From assembly GCA_029856365.1 (NCBI GenBank), contig JAHQWW010000095.1, positions 1 to 14,468 on the forward strand: 14,468 nt of DNA. The letters run 5' to 3'. The translations under genes were made by a program, and so were the position numbers. The stretch comes from Candidatus Hodarchaeota archaeon (GTDB lineage Archaea > Asgardarchaeota > Heimdallarchaeia > Hodarchaeales > Hodarchaeaceae). Position 1 is the stretch's first letter, and each line of letters begins with the position of its first letter. The notes beneath the pieces are model-generated. The model did no database searches and was not told the DNA's origin. It saw only the letters and a list, made by a program, of their open reading frames with translations. Shown here in pieces: positions 1 through 7,977 of the stretch.

Positions 1-63
1 CCTAATCGTCATAAAAGTGATAATTTTGAAGACCGACCCGTCCATCGTCGTCACAATTGGTAA
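1..63 (+). CDS. Possible 3' end of an upstream gene entering the window (…PNRHKSDNFEDRPVHRRHNW*)
   Basis: Frame 1 is open from base 1 to TAA at 61-63, is more GC-rich than the AT-rich DNA that follows, and encodes a charged R/H-rich tail. Too short to assign a product. Confidence 0.4.
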   Translation, partial: PNRHKSDNFEDRPVHRRHNW

Positions 64-487
64 AATTATTACTTTAGCTACTGATTATTCTTATTCCATG
101 ATCTTAATGTACTCTGTATTCAGAAAAAGATGACTAGATTGATCCCATCACTTACATTTAGGATTAAGTGGTGATCTGTAAGTCACTCCTGAATAGCTTT
201 CTGATCATAAGAATCTTATTTCTATACAGGCCTCTCAGGATTACTTTTTTGTGTAGACCACATTCTATTGTATCAATAATAGTTACCTCAAAGGATTTTA
301 TTTTATTTTTTCGGTTTCTTCCAATGAAAAGACCACAAAACAGGATTTACTGTTACTTGTCTCCAAAATTAACAGAAAAACGTATTAAATCCTAAAATTA
401 AGAAAATGAACGTGTTTTAAAGATTTGAAATTCGGAATTTTGTGGATTATACGTAGGAAGTTGGATGTTAAATCCTAGCAGGGACAA

Positions 488-874
488 TTAAAAGCTGATG
501 AACGAGTCCACAACTTCCTGATTCTTAATTGAGAGAAAATTCCTTTTTCCTTCTCGGGTTCGAGATATTAAACCCGCATCCTCCAACAGTGAGAGATGAT
601 GAGACACCGTTGCTTGAGCAAGATTCGTTAGATATTCAAGTTCACAATGACATTTTACTCCGTTATTTATAGCAGTTAGAATTTGAATTCTAACTGTATG
701 ATTCAAAGCTTTTATTTGCTTTCTGAATTCTTTGAACTTTGTTTGTTCCTCTAAGGTATTTAGCTTGCTTTTAAGGAGCCTTAATTCCTCTATTCGATTC
801 GAAACAGACTTCCAGTCTACCAATTCTGAGTCTAGCAGATCTTTTAATTTTTCTTTCAGTATAGAGACACTCAT
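488..874 (-). CDS. arsR: ArsR/SmtB-family metalloregulatory transcriptional repressor
   Basis: Winged-HTH signature KALNHTVRIQIL…KCHCELEYLTNLAQATVSHHLSLLEDAGLISRTREG. CHCEL corresponds to the ELCVCDL As(III)-binding box. Divergent from arsP/acr3. Has an ~45-aa N-terminal helical extension. Confidence 0.93.
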   Translation of the reverse strand: MSVSILKEKLKDLLDSELVDWKSVSNRIEELRLLKSKLNTLEEQTKFKEFRKQIKALNHTVRIQILTAINNGVKCHCELEYLTNLAQATVSHHLSLLEDAGLISRTREGKRNFLSIKNQEVVDSFISF

Positions 875-973
875 TTTAGAATAGGCCTCAATTCATTTCT
901 AAATATCATAATTCGCTCCAAACAGATATCCTGATGATTATATCAAAAAATTTTTGCCTCTTTATAATTTTAA

Positions 974-1019
974 ATATTTCGATATTTCGATATGTTTATA
1001 TATCGAAGATTATCGATAT
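974..1019. promoter_or_regulatory. Putative ArsR operator(s) overlapping an archaeal TATA box of the ars operon
   Basis: Perfect inverted repeat ATATCGA-N6-TCGATAT at 1000-1019, an interlocking one TTCGATAT-N6-ATATCGAA at 986-1007, an extra TCGATAT half-site at 979-985, and TATA-like TTTATATA at 995-1002. Lies between the divergent arsR and arsP. Confidence 0.72.
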
Positions 1020-1052
1020 GATATGAAAAAACACCTGAAGAAGGACGAACAC

Positions 1053-2432
1053 ATGGTTGAGTTTGTTAGAATGATTCAAGGAGCACTAGAGAGTGCTATA
1101 GGAACTCTACTGGATTACCTCTCTCTTCATGTGTTGCTTTGTCTTGTTCCTGCTTTCTTTATTGCAGGAGCTATGGCTTATTTTATTCCTAAAGACTTAA
1201 TTACACGATATATAGGAAAAGATGCTGACCCAAAAATAGCCTATCCTATGGCCATGGCTGGCGGTTTCCTGTTAGCAGTCTGTAGTTGTACAGTTCTCCC
1301 GTTATTTGTGAGTATTTGGAAACGGGGAGCAGGGTTGGGGCCAGCGATAACTTTCTTGTTTGTTGCACCTGCAATTAACATTCTCGCACTGACCTACACA
1401 GGAACCCTTGTAGGAATGGACATTGCCATAGCACGAGGAATTCTAGCTATCTTTTTTTCGATCTTGATAGGGTTAATTATGGCGAATGTTTTTGGAAAGG
1501 AAATAGATCAAAATAAGAGTCATATAAATAATCCAGTCAGTATCACTACAGATCCAACAATACAGGAACCCAATATTATCAATAAAATGGAGGTTTCTAA
1601 ATCAAACATTCTTTTAATTATTGGACTAGGAATCGCTTCGATATCTTTAGCTACCTTAGATTCTAATACAATTAGCACTATGGGTAATACTCTTTTCTCG
1701 GGTTTGACCATAATACTTCCATTTCTTCAGACCCCTCCTCTTCTTCAAACCATCATCTTTCTCTTGGGCCTGTTGATTCTCATTATTCTAACTTTCAAAA
1801 TTCCTAGTAAGGAATTAGTACTGTTTCTCTGGTTAGTCTATATATTAATGACAGGCACATCTCAAATCACATATTTTTCTGAGGATCTTAATCTATTAGG
1901 TGTTGTCATAAGCCCCGTTATAAGTAATATGATGATCAAACTCCTCTTGACAGGCCTGGTGGTTCTTGGATTACTTCTTTTCGTATGGAACAAGTTTGAT
2001 AAAGATGATATTAATGCTTGGCTCTTCGAGACGTGGATCTTTATAAAATCCATCTTTCCTTTAATTATAGTGGGAGTGGTCATTGCTGGTTTTGTTAAAT
2101 TCTTTATTCCTCCTGAATTAGTAGTAACGTTGGTAGGACGTAATAGTCTTCTTGCAAATCTGATTGGAGTCCTATTTGGCGTGTTTATGTACTTTCCCAC
2201 ATTGATGGAGGTGCCTATTGCCCGAATATTTTTAGACCTTGGTATGACTCGTGGGCCATTGTTAGCATATTTATTAGCGGACCCAGAATTGTCCTTACAG
2301 AGTATTCTTGTTACTCGGAAATATCTAGGTGACAAAAGAAATACTTTCTACATTATCCTGGTAACAATATTTACAACTCTTGCAGGATTAATTTTTGGAT
2401 TGGTTTTAGGTCAGGGAATAAGTTTATGGTGA
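1053..2432 (+). CDS. arsP: ArsP/DUF318-family permease (organoarsenical/arsenic efflux)
   Basis: Motifs HVLLCLVPAFFIAGA, LAVCSCTVLPLF, GAGLGPAITFLFVAPAINILA, FMYFPTLMEVPI and GPLLAYLLADPELSL; many TM helices; ars context. The ORF-track start (954) runs through the operator/TATA. ATG 1053 follows GAAGGA and is preferred; ATG 1023 is an alternative. Confidence 0.85.
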   Translation: MVEFVRMIQGALESAIGTLLDYLSLHVLLCLVPAFFIAGAMAYFIPKDLITRYIGKDADPKIAYPMAMAGGFLLAVCSCTVLPLFVSIWKRGAGLGPAITFLFVAPAINILALTYTGTLVGMDIAIARGILAIFFSILIGLIMANVFGKEIDQNKSHINNPVSITTDPTIQEPNIINKMEVSKSNILLIIGLGIASISLATLDSNTISTMGNTLFSGLTIILPFLQTPPLLQTIIFLLGLLILIILTFKIPSKELVLFLWLVYILMTGTSQITYFSEDLNLLGVVISPVISNMMIKLLLTGLVVLGLLLFVWNKFDKDDINAWLFETWIFIKSIFPLIIVGVVIAGFVKFFIPPELVVTLVGRNSLLANLIGVLFGVFMYFPTLMEVPIARIFLDLGMTRGPLLAYLLADPELSLQSILVTRKYLGDKRNTFYIILVTIFTTLAGLIFGLVLGQGISLW

Positions 2433-2468
2433 ATATTTGTTACAAGATTGTTAATTGAGGTTTAATAA

Positions 2469-3521
2469 ATGAGTAAAACAAAAACTGCGACAGAAAAAAT
2501 GTCAGTATTAGATAAATTTCTCCCTGGGTTCATTATTGCAGGCATGGTTCTAGGACTATTCATGAATCGGCTAGTACCTAACATTCAGGATATTTTCAGT
2601 CAAGTACAAATTGACACCGTCTCGCTCCCTATTGCTATTGGACTGCTTTGGATGATGTACCCGATATTGGCTAAGGTGCAATACGAGAAGATTCCTCAGG
2701 CACTCCAAGAATATAAGCTCTTTGGCACATCTGTTGTTCAGAACTGGATCATTGGCCCGATTTTCATGACACTACTTGCGTGGATATTTTTGGCGGATTA
2801 TCCTGGGTATCGAGAGGGAATAATACTAGTTGGGTTAGCTCGGTGTATCGCGATGGTTCTAATATGGAATATGCTTGCAGGAGGAGACGCAGAGAAATGT
2901 GCCATCCTAGTAGCTCTTAACAGTGTCTTTCAAATCTTCTTCTATGCCATTTATGCGTGGATTTTCATTGGGATTACGAATATCGACATTTTAGATATTG
3001 TGCGAAGTGTCTTTATTTTCTTAGGCATACCTTTAATTGCTGGATTTTTAACAAGAGAAGTATTCCGTCGTCGAAAGGGTGATGATTGGTACACCAGTGT
3101 CTTCATTCCGAAACTTGGCCCAACTGCTATAATTGGTTTGTTATTCACGGTGGTAGCGATGTTTTCTATGCAGGGTGAAAAAATAATTGGCCAACCATTA
3201 GATATCTTGATTATTGCTGTTCCTCTCTTCATCTACTTCATCGGGATGTTCATGATAAGCTTTCTACTCTCCTTTTTCTTAAAGTTCAGATATCCCGAAA
3301 CGGTTACCCTATCGTTTACAGCAGCCTCAAATAATTTTGAACTCGCTATTGCAGTTGCTATCGCCACTTTCGGGATCGATTCAGATCAGGCGTTAGCCAC
3401 CGTTGTTGGGCCTCTGATCGAGGTGCCTGTATTATTATTATTGGTGTATCTGGCTCTTTGGCTTAAGCAATATCTTTTCAAAAGTGAAATACTAAGTACA
3501 GAGCCAAATAGTGTTTCGTGA
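2469..3521 (+). CDS. acr3: Acr3-family arsenite efflux transporter
   Basis: Hallmark motifs GLLWMMYPILAKV, QNWIIGP, GLARCIAMVLIWN (essential Cys), VALNSVFQ, TAASNNFELAIAVA and VGPLIEVPVL; about 10 TM helices; GAGG upstream of the ATG. Confidence 0.96.
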   Translation: MSKTKTATEKMSVLDKFLPGFIIAGMVLGLFMNRLVPNIQDIFSQVQIDTVSLPIAIGLLWMMYPILAKVQYEKIPQALQEYKLFGTSVVQNWIIGPIFMTLLAWIFLADYPGYREGIILVGLARCIAMVLIWNMLAGGDAEKCAILVALNSVFQIFFYAIYAWIFIGITNIDILDIVRSVFIFLGIPLIAGFLTREVFRRRKGDDWYTSVFIPKLGPTAIIGLLFTVVAMFSMQGEKIIGQPLDILIIAVPLFIYFIGMFMISFLLSFFLKFRYPETVTLSFTAASNNFELAIAVAIATFGIDSDQALATVVGPLIEVPVLLLLVYLALWLKQYLFKSEILSTEPNSVS

Positions 3522-3560
3522 AAATACAAGGTGAAATATAAAACAAATGACGGAGGTTTA

Positions 3561-3815
3561 ATGGATATGACAAGAGTATTAGAAGTTTTCGGACTAGGTT
3601 GTGCAAAATGCAAGGCTTTGAAAAGAAGTACTGAAGAAGCGGTTGAAAAATTAGGCTGGCAAGATGTAAAAATTCTCTATACCACTGATATGGCTGAAGT
3701 AATCCAAAGGGGAATTACTGCTACCCCAGCATTAGCCATTGATGGGAAAATAGTGTTATCTGGTCGGTATCTTTCTGCAAATAAACTTGTAGAACTACTT
3801 CAAGAAATTGTATGA
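3561..3815 (+). CDS. Small redox-active disulfide protein (MTH895/Thioredoxin_3-like, CxxC)
   Basis: LEVFGLGCAKC…GITATPALAIDGKIVLSGR matches the small thioredoxin-like family commonly encoded beside arsP. SD GGAGG at 3552-3556 favours ATG 3561 or 3567 over the track start 3531. Confidence 0.88.
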   Translation: MDMTRVLEVFGLGCAKCKALKRSTEEAVEKLGWQDVKILYTTDMAEVIQRGITATPALAIDGKIVLSGRYLSANKLVELLQEIV

Positions 3816-3824
3816 AACTCTCAA

Positions 3825-4082
3825 GTGAAAGAGATTAAAATGACATGTCCTAAAGTTGAAGTGTTCTCTCCTACAGGAGCTTGTAGTTGTTCATTTGCTG
3901 TGTGGATTGGAAAGGTCTGGGATATTCTTATGAAATATAAAAATCGGCTTGAAATTGTGAGTCTGACCTCAGATTCTCCCCGAGCACACGAGCTTGGAGT
4001 AGGGGGTCGAACTGTTGTGATTAACGGCGAAGTCACCCCAGTTTTCTTACTTGAGCGAAAAATCCAAGAACTACTCTGTTGA
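3825..4082 (+). CDS. Small thioredoxin-fold protein with CxC motif, ArsD-like (putative As/metal chaperone)
   Basis: KVEVFSPTGACSCS at the N-terminus and GVGGRTVVINGE near the C-terminus follow the thioredoxin/ArsD layout. Lies 9 bp after the preceding gene. ATG at 3840 is an alternative start. Confidence 0.6.
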   Translation: MKEIKMTCPKVEVFSPTGACSCSFAVWIGKVWDILMKYKNRLEIVSLTSDSPRAHELGVGGRTVVINGEVTPVFLLERKIQELLC

Positions 4083-4110
4083 AATTATTAATTTAAGATG
4101 ATGCCACTTA

Positions 4111-5607
4111 ATGGAGATAATTACAAAGACCACTAGTTTCCTCCTTTATCTTCCACATAAAATCCTGTACAGAAATCAGGAACATCTTCACTTGATACGC
4201 TACCAAAACTTTAATTATTCCCTAGATTTTATCTTCTTAGTTTATTCTTATTTTTTGGTTGGACTCATCTTGTTGAATCACTCTCCCGTAATTCGAAGTT
4301 TTATTCCTTATCTCCTGCTTATATCGTCATTTATACTTGTCATCATTCTTTCTGGTTGCATTCAACCTTTGGACCAACAACAGACTCAGGAAAACATTCC
4401 TCCTACCGCTCCTGAGGTTTTTATCAAACCAGATCCTGCGTACAGTAATACCTCCCTCACATGTATTATTATAGTCCCAAGTTATGATGCGAATAACGAT
4501 ACTGTTTCATATAATTATGAATGGTTCCTGAATGAAAGCTTTACGGGTTTAATAAGCGACTCTGTGTTATCAACGCTTACTTCCGTCGGAGATGTATGGA
4601 CATGTGTGGTTACTCCCTATGATGGGACTGATTACGGCCCTCCAGGGAACGATACCATTATGATTTCACAAGTTGAAGAACCTGCACCTGAAAATACCCC
4701 TCCATCGGCTCCTACGGTCCTTATTGAACCTGATCCTGCATATTGTAATGATACGCTTACATGCATAATCCTTATTTCGAGCTATGATGCGGATAATGAC
4801 ACTGTCACCTATTTTTATGAGTGGTTTCGGAATGGGAGTACAACTGGTTTGATGGAGGAGACAGTTTCTCCTACTCAGACTTCAATTGGAGATGAATGGA
4901 CATGTGTGATCACCCCGTATGATGGGACTGATTATGGCTCTCCAGGGAACGATACTATTGTGATTTCACAAGTTGAAGAACCTGAAAACACCCCTCCGAC
5001 TGCTCCAGTTGTCCTTATCTCTCCTGACCCAGTTTATAGTAACGATACGCTTATGTGCATCATCACAAGTCCCAGCAATGACATTGATAATGATACTATT
5101 AGTTACGTCATCGCGTGGTATTGCAACGAGGAATTAATTTACCAAAATGTCTGGGTTATTTTAGCCAATGACACCTCGGTAATGGACGTTTGGAAATGTG
5201 TGGTTACTCCTTATGATGGGAGCGATTTTGGGCCTTCTGGAAATGACAGCATTACAATTAAGGTCTTTGTTTCTGGTACTTATACTCTCAATCCGTCTAT
5301 CTCTTATACATGTGCTTATGGTTTGGTTGATTTACAATATACGCAGTTTACCTTTGTAGACGATGATACAACCCTGGTTATCCATCCAGCTATGAATGCT
5401 GAAGGTTATATGACGGGTTCTTCGGCATTAAATGGTAATATCTACGCTAGTTATTATTCACCTGGATCCTGTTCTTATCTGTTCACCTTACAGGGGAACT
5501 TTATTGATAATGAAACCTGGCAGGCCGTATTTACAGTAGAATTTACAGGTAGCACATGTTTTGATTGTTATTCTCAATCGTGGGAAATCACAGGAACCAG
5601 AGTATGA
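4111..5607 (+). CDS. Secreted lipoprotein with three tandem Ig-like repeats and a Cys-containing C-terminal domain
   Basis: Hydrophobic stretch ending in lipobox-like ILSG|C (Cys codon 4357). Three ~98-100-aa repeats ENxPPxAPxVxIxPDP…LxC…DxDND…W…W(T/K)CVxTPYDGxDxG. Many N-x-S/T sequons. The true start is probably downstream of 4111 (TTG at 4270 or 4273). Confidence 0.8.
   Translation: MEIITKTTSFLLYLPHKILYRNQEHLHLIRYQNFNYSLDFIFLVYSYFLVGLILLNHSPVIRSFIPYLLLISSFILVIILSGCIQPLDQQQTQENIPPTAPEVFIKPDPAYSNTSLTCIIIVPSYDANNDTVSYNYEWFLNESFTGLISDSVLSTLTSVGDVWTCVVTPYDGTDYGPPGNDTIMISQVEEPAPENTPPSAPTVLIEPDPAYCNDTLTCIILISSYDADNDTVTYFYEWFRNGSTTGLMEETVSPTQTSIGDEWTCVITPYDGTDYGSPGNDTIVISQVEEPENTPPTAPVVLISPDPVYSNDTLMCIITSPSNDIDNDTISYVIAWYCNEELIYQNVWVILANDTSVMDVWKCVVTPYDGSDFGPSGNDSITIKVFVSGTYTLNPSISYTCAYGLVDLQYTQFTFVDDDTTLVIHPAMNAEGYMTGSSALNGNIYASYYSPGSCSYLFTLQGNFIDNETWQAVFTVEFTGSTCFDCYSQSWEITGTRV
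4390..5262 (+). repeat. Three intragenic tandem repeats (units start at 4390, 4690, 4984)
   Basis: Periods of 300 and 294 bp. 4621-4684 and 4921-4984 match at 60 of 64 nt. Confidence 0.92.
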
Positions 5608-5691
5608 GCAATTCCTCAATCCAGTGAGAGCTGCTGAATTATTTACAGCACAGAATCTTAATTTGAAGATTTATCCTTGAAAATCGGTGAC

Positions 5692-7977
5692 TTAGGAATG
5701 TTTTTTTCTTCTCTTGTTTGTAAATAGATATAATACTGCTATTATTACGAATGTAGTGAAAGAGAACCCTGGAGAAGATATAGAAGAAGTGATCGAAGAT
5801 GTGCTAAAACTTGGAGTGGTTGTCAGATCTGCTGTAGATGTTGAGACTGAGGTTGTATCTGTAGGAATGGTTGTACTTGGTGGAATATCAATCGTGAACC
5901 AAATAACTGGGGATGCACCCATATTTCCAATAGTATCGTTTGCGAAGATAATTATTCTATGAGAGCCTTCTGAAACTTTTGCTATTATCAAGCTTTCCGC
6001 TATCGTAATATTTTCAGCACTATCGAGAGAATAGCCAATCCAAGAGGTAGGTTCGTTAACCGTAAAGTTCAACCAAATATCACTCTCTGAATAGGTAATA
6101 TTTGATGGGTGAGTAAGAATTATCGTGGGAGAATTCGTATCTATAGTGAACCAAATAAGTGCTGAATGCCCTATATTTCCTTCTGAATCATTTGCATAAA
6201 CAATAATGGAATGGTTTCCCTCTGTAAGCGAGTTTAACGAAATATTTCCTGTGATAGTTATATTAGAAGTGCCATCAAGAGAATAACCAATCCAGCAGGT
6301 AGGTTCATTAACCGTAAAGTTTAACCAAATGTTTTTTGTAGAATATGTGATGTTAGTAGGATTAATCATCAAAATACTGGGTGAAGAGGTATCAATAACT
6401 GTGACTCTTACCATATCAGTCGCATTGTTCCCATCTTCATCATAAACTGCGCAAACATATATGAATATTCCTACATTCAAACCTTTTATGTCTATAACGA
6501 TTTTATCACCCGTCCATGATCCATTGTCTATTAAAGTATCATTTTTGGTCACATTATAGAAATAAGGGTTATCGTCGGTAGGGCTCCACGTGATATTTTG
6601 GTCTATTACCCCTTTTTCATAAGTAATATTATCAGGACTATCGATGACTGGACCTTGAAGAGTTATCACACCTATTGTATCAGGAACACTAGCAATAAAG
6701 CCATCACTGACGGTTAGATTGAAAACATACTCACCTATTAAATCTGGGATTAAGCTAGGGCTAGGAGATAACGTGTCATCTAGTAGTGCAGTGCTTCCTA
6801 TAGGATTTGAAATAATTTCCCAGTTATAAAACAATTCATCTTCATCTAAATCATAACTTCTGCTCGCATCTAGATTTATGGTATTTCCAAGAAGGATTGT
6901 ATGATTAGCACCTGCATCAGCAATAGGTGCCCGATTCTGTTTGCGATTTATTAAGGGATAATTGTCGCTATTGTCTCCTCCAGGAATATTATATGGACTA
7001 TCACCTATTCCGTCACCGTCATTATCAATATCACCATAATCTGACCAATAATTCCCTCCAGAAGGGTAGCTATTATCCCAATAATTTACACAACTATCGT
7101 TAACGTTTTGCCAATTGTCAAGAATGTTATTATGATAAATGGAATTGTTGTGTGACTCATCATAAATCCATATACCATATTGCGTGCTATTTGCAATTGT
7201 ATTATTCTTAATTATATTCCCCTGAGATTGATCTCTTATAATAACACCATAAGAATTATTATTATATATGTTATTCTTGATTTTATTACCATTTGCTTGC
7301 TGAAAAATCATACCTGCAAAAAATGTTGAGTTAGAAACAATATTATTCGTGAATATATTATCATTAACTAAAGAAAGATAAAAGCCATACCTAGAGGAGT
7401 TATATATTATGTTATTTGAAAAAAAATTGTTGTTAGAACCACTGCGAATATACATACCATAATCGCTATTAATGATCGAGTTGTTACAAAGACTATTATC
7501 TATTCCAAAAGTTAGGTAAACACCAATGTTTAATGTATCCCCAAAATTCCCAATGATATTGCATTTAGAAATGTTACAATCATCACCCGTGATATAAATT
7601 CCATAATGTTGAAATCCTTTATGATGTATTGTGAAGTTTGAGATTGTTATAGCGTCAGCATTTATTGATACTACATGACTAGAATCATTAGTTATTATAG
7701 TATCTTGATTACTCTCACCGATTATTGTTAAATTGTTTTTATTAATGAGAATACTTTCAGTATAAATCCCGTTGGAAACAATAATAATGTCCTCCGAAGT
7801 AGCTGCATCAATTGCTGCTTGAATGGTTTTATAATCACCCTCAGGACCAACATACCATATAGTTCCCCCTCCTCTAACCTTAGTAATTGATAAAAAAGAA
7901 TTCTCCGTTCCTGAAATAAAGGAATTAAACATTATAAGACAAATAACAATTATAAATAGATGTTTTTTACTCCACAT
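5692..7977 (-). CDS. Cell-surface glycoprotein: NosD/CASH parallel beta-helix + PKD-like + Ig-like repeats + S/T linker + PGF-CTERM-like anchor
   Basis: Signal peptide; YVGPEGDYKTIQAAID…GIYTESI beta-helix cap; Asn-rich PbH repeats; WDNSYPSGGNYWSDY…DGDGIGDSPY; NRAPIADAG…LDASRSYDLD (PKD-like); three Ig-like units; Thr/Ser-rich linker; SPGF + TM helix + KRRKK. Confidence 0.88.
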   Translation of the reverse strand: MWSKKHLFIIVICLIMFNSFISGTENSFLSITKVRGGGTIWYVGPEGDYKTIQAAIDAATSEDIIIVSNGIYTESILINKNNLTIIGESNQDTIITNDSSHVVSINADAITISNFTIHHKGFQHYGIYITGDDCNISKCNIIGNFGDTLNIGVYLTFGIDNSLCNNSIINSDYGMYIRSGSNNNFFSNNIIYNSSRYGFYLSLVNDNIFTNNIVSNSTFFAGMIFQQANGNKIKNNIYNNNSYGVIIRDQSQGNIIKNNTIANSTQYGIWIYDESHNNSIYHNNILDNWQNVNDSCVNYWDNSYPSGGNYWSDYGDIDNDGDGIGDSPYNIPGGDNSDNYPLINRKQNRAPIADAGANHTILLGNTINLDASRSYDLDEDELFYNWEIISNPIGSTALLDDTLSPSPSLIPDLIGEYVFNLTVSDGFIASVPDTIGVITLQGPVIDSPDNITYEKGVIDQNITWSPTDDNPYFYNVTKNDTLIDNGSWTGDKIVIDIKGLNVGIFIYVCAVYDEDGNNATDMVRVTVIDTSSPSILMINPTNITYSTKNIWLNFTVNEPTCWIGYSLDGTSNITITGNISLNSLTEGNHSIIVYANDSEGNIGHSALIWFTIDTNSPTIILTHPSNITYSESDIWLNFTVNEPTSWIGYSLDSAENITIAESLIIAKVSEGSHRIIIFANDTIGNMGASPVIWFTIDIPPSTTIPTDTTSVSTSTADLTTTPSFSTSSITSSISSPGFSFTTFVIIAVLYLFTNKRRKKHS
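5885..6395 (-). repeat. Two tandem 84-aa Ig-like repeats (252-bp period)
   Basis: 6026-6078 and 6278-6330 match at 48 of 53 nt. Both encode IWLNFTVNEPTxWIGYSLD…EGxHxIIxxANDxxGNxG…IWFTID. Boundaries are approximate. Confidence 0.88.

Noticed and set aside
168-395. 75-aa ORF on the + strand
   Set aside because: No SD, no recognisable motif, and composition typical of translated AT-rich intergenic DNA.
954-1052. ORF-track N-terminal extension of arsP
   Set aside because: It runs through the operator palindromes and TATA box; family similarity starts after ATG 1053.
1520-4036. Antisense ORFs 1520-1711, 1862-2335, 2951-3232, 3386-3613 and 3821-4036
   Set aside because: They are shadows of well-supported ars genes on the opposite strand.
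4074-4091. Cys-TGA (CTC TGT TGA AAT TAT TAA) as a possible C-terminal Cys-Sec motif
   Set aside because: No convincing SECIS-like hairpin is visible downstream, and TGA is the ordinary stop of the neighbouring operon genes. It would need homologues with Cys at this position.
4111-4269. N-terminal ~53 aa of the 498-aa ORF
   Set aside because: It looks like read-through of T-rich intergenic/terminator DNA; signal-peptide geometry relative to the lipobox favours a start near 4270.
5632-5650. TGCTG-N9-CAGCA hairpin between convergent genes
   Set aside because: The 5-bp stem is too short to distinguish from chance.
4390-6395. Direct repeats as CRISPR or DGR template/variable repeats
   Set aside because: They are in-frame coding duplications of 250-300 bp, the mismatches are not adenine-specific, and no cas or reverse transcriptase gene is present.
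6950-7860. Calling the beta-helix gene nosD (nitrous oxide reductase maturation)
   Set aside because: No nosZ/F/Y/L nearby; the NosD-like fold is common in archaeal surface proteins.
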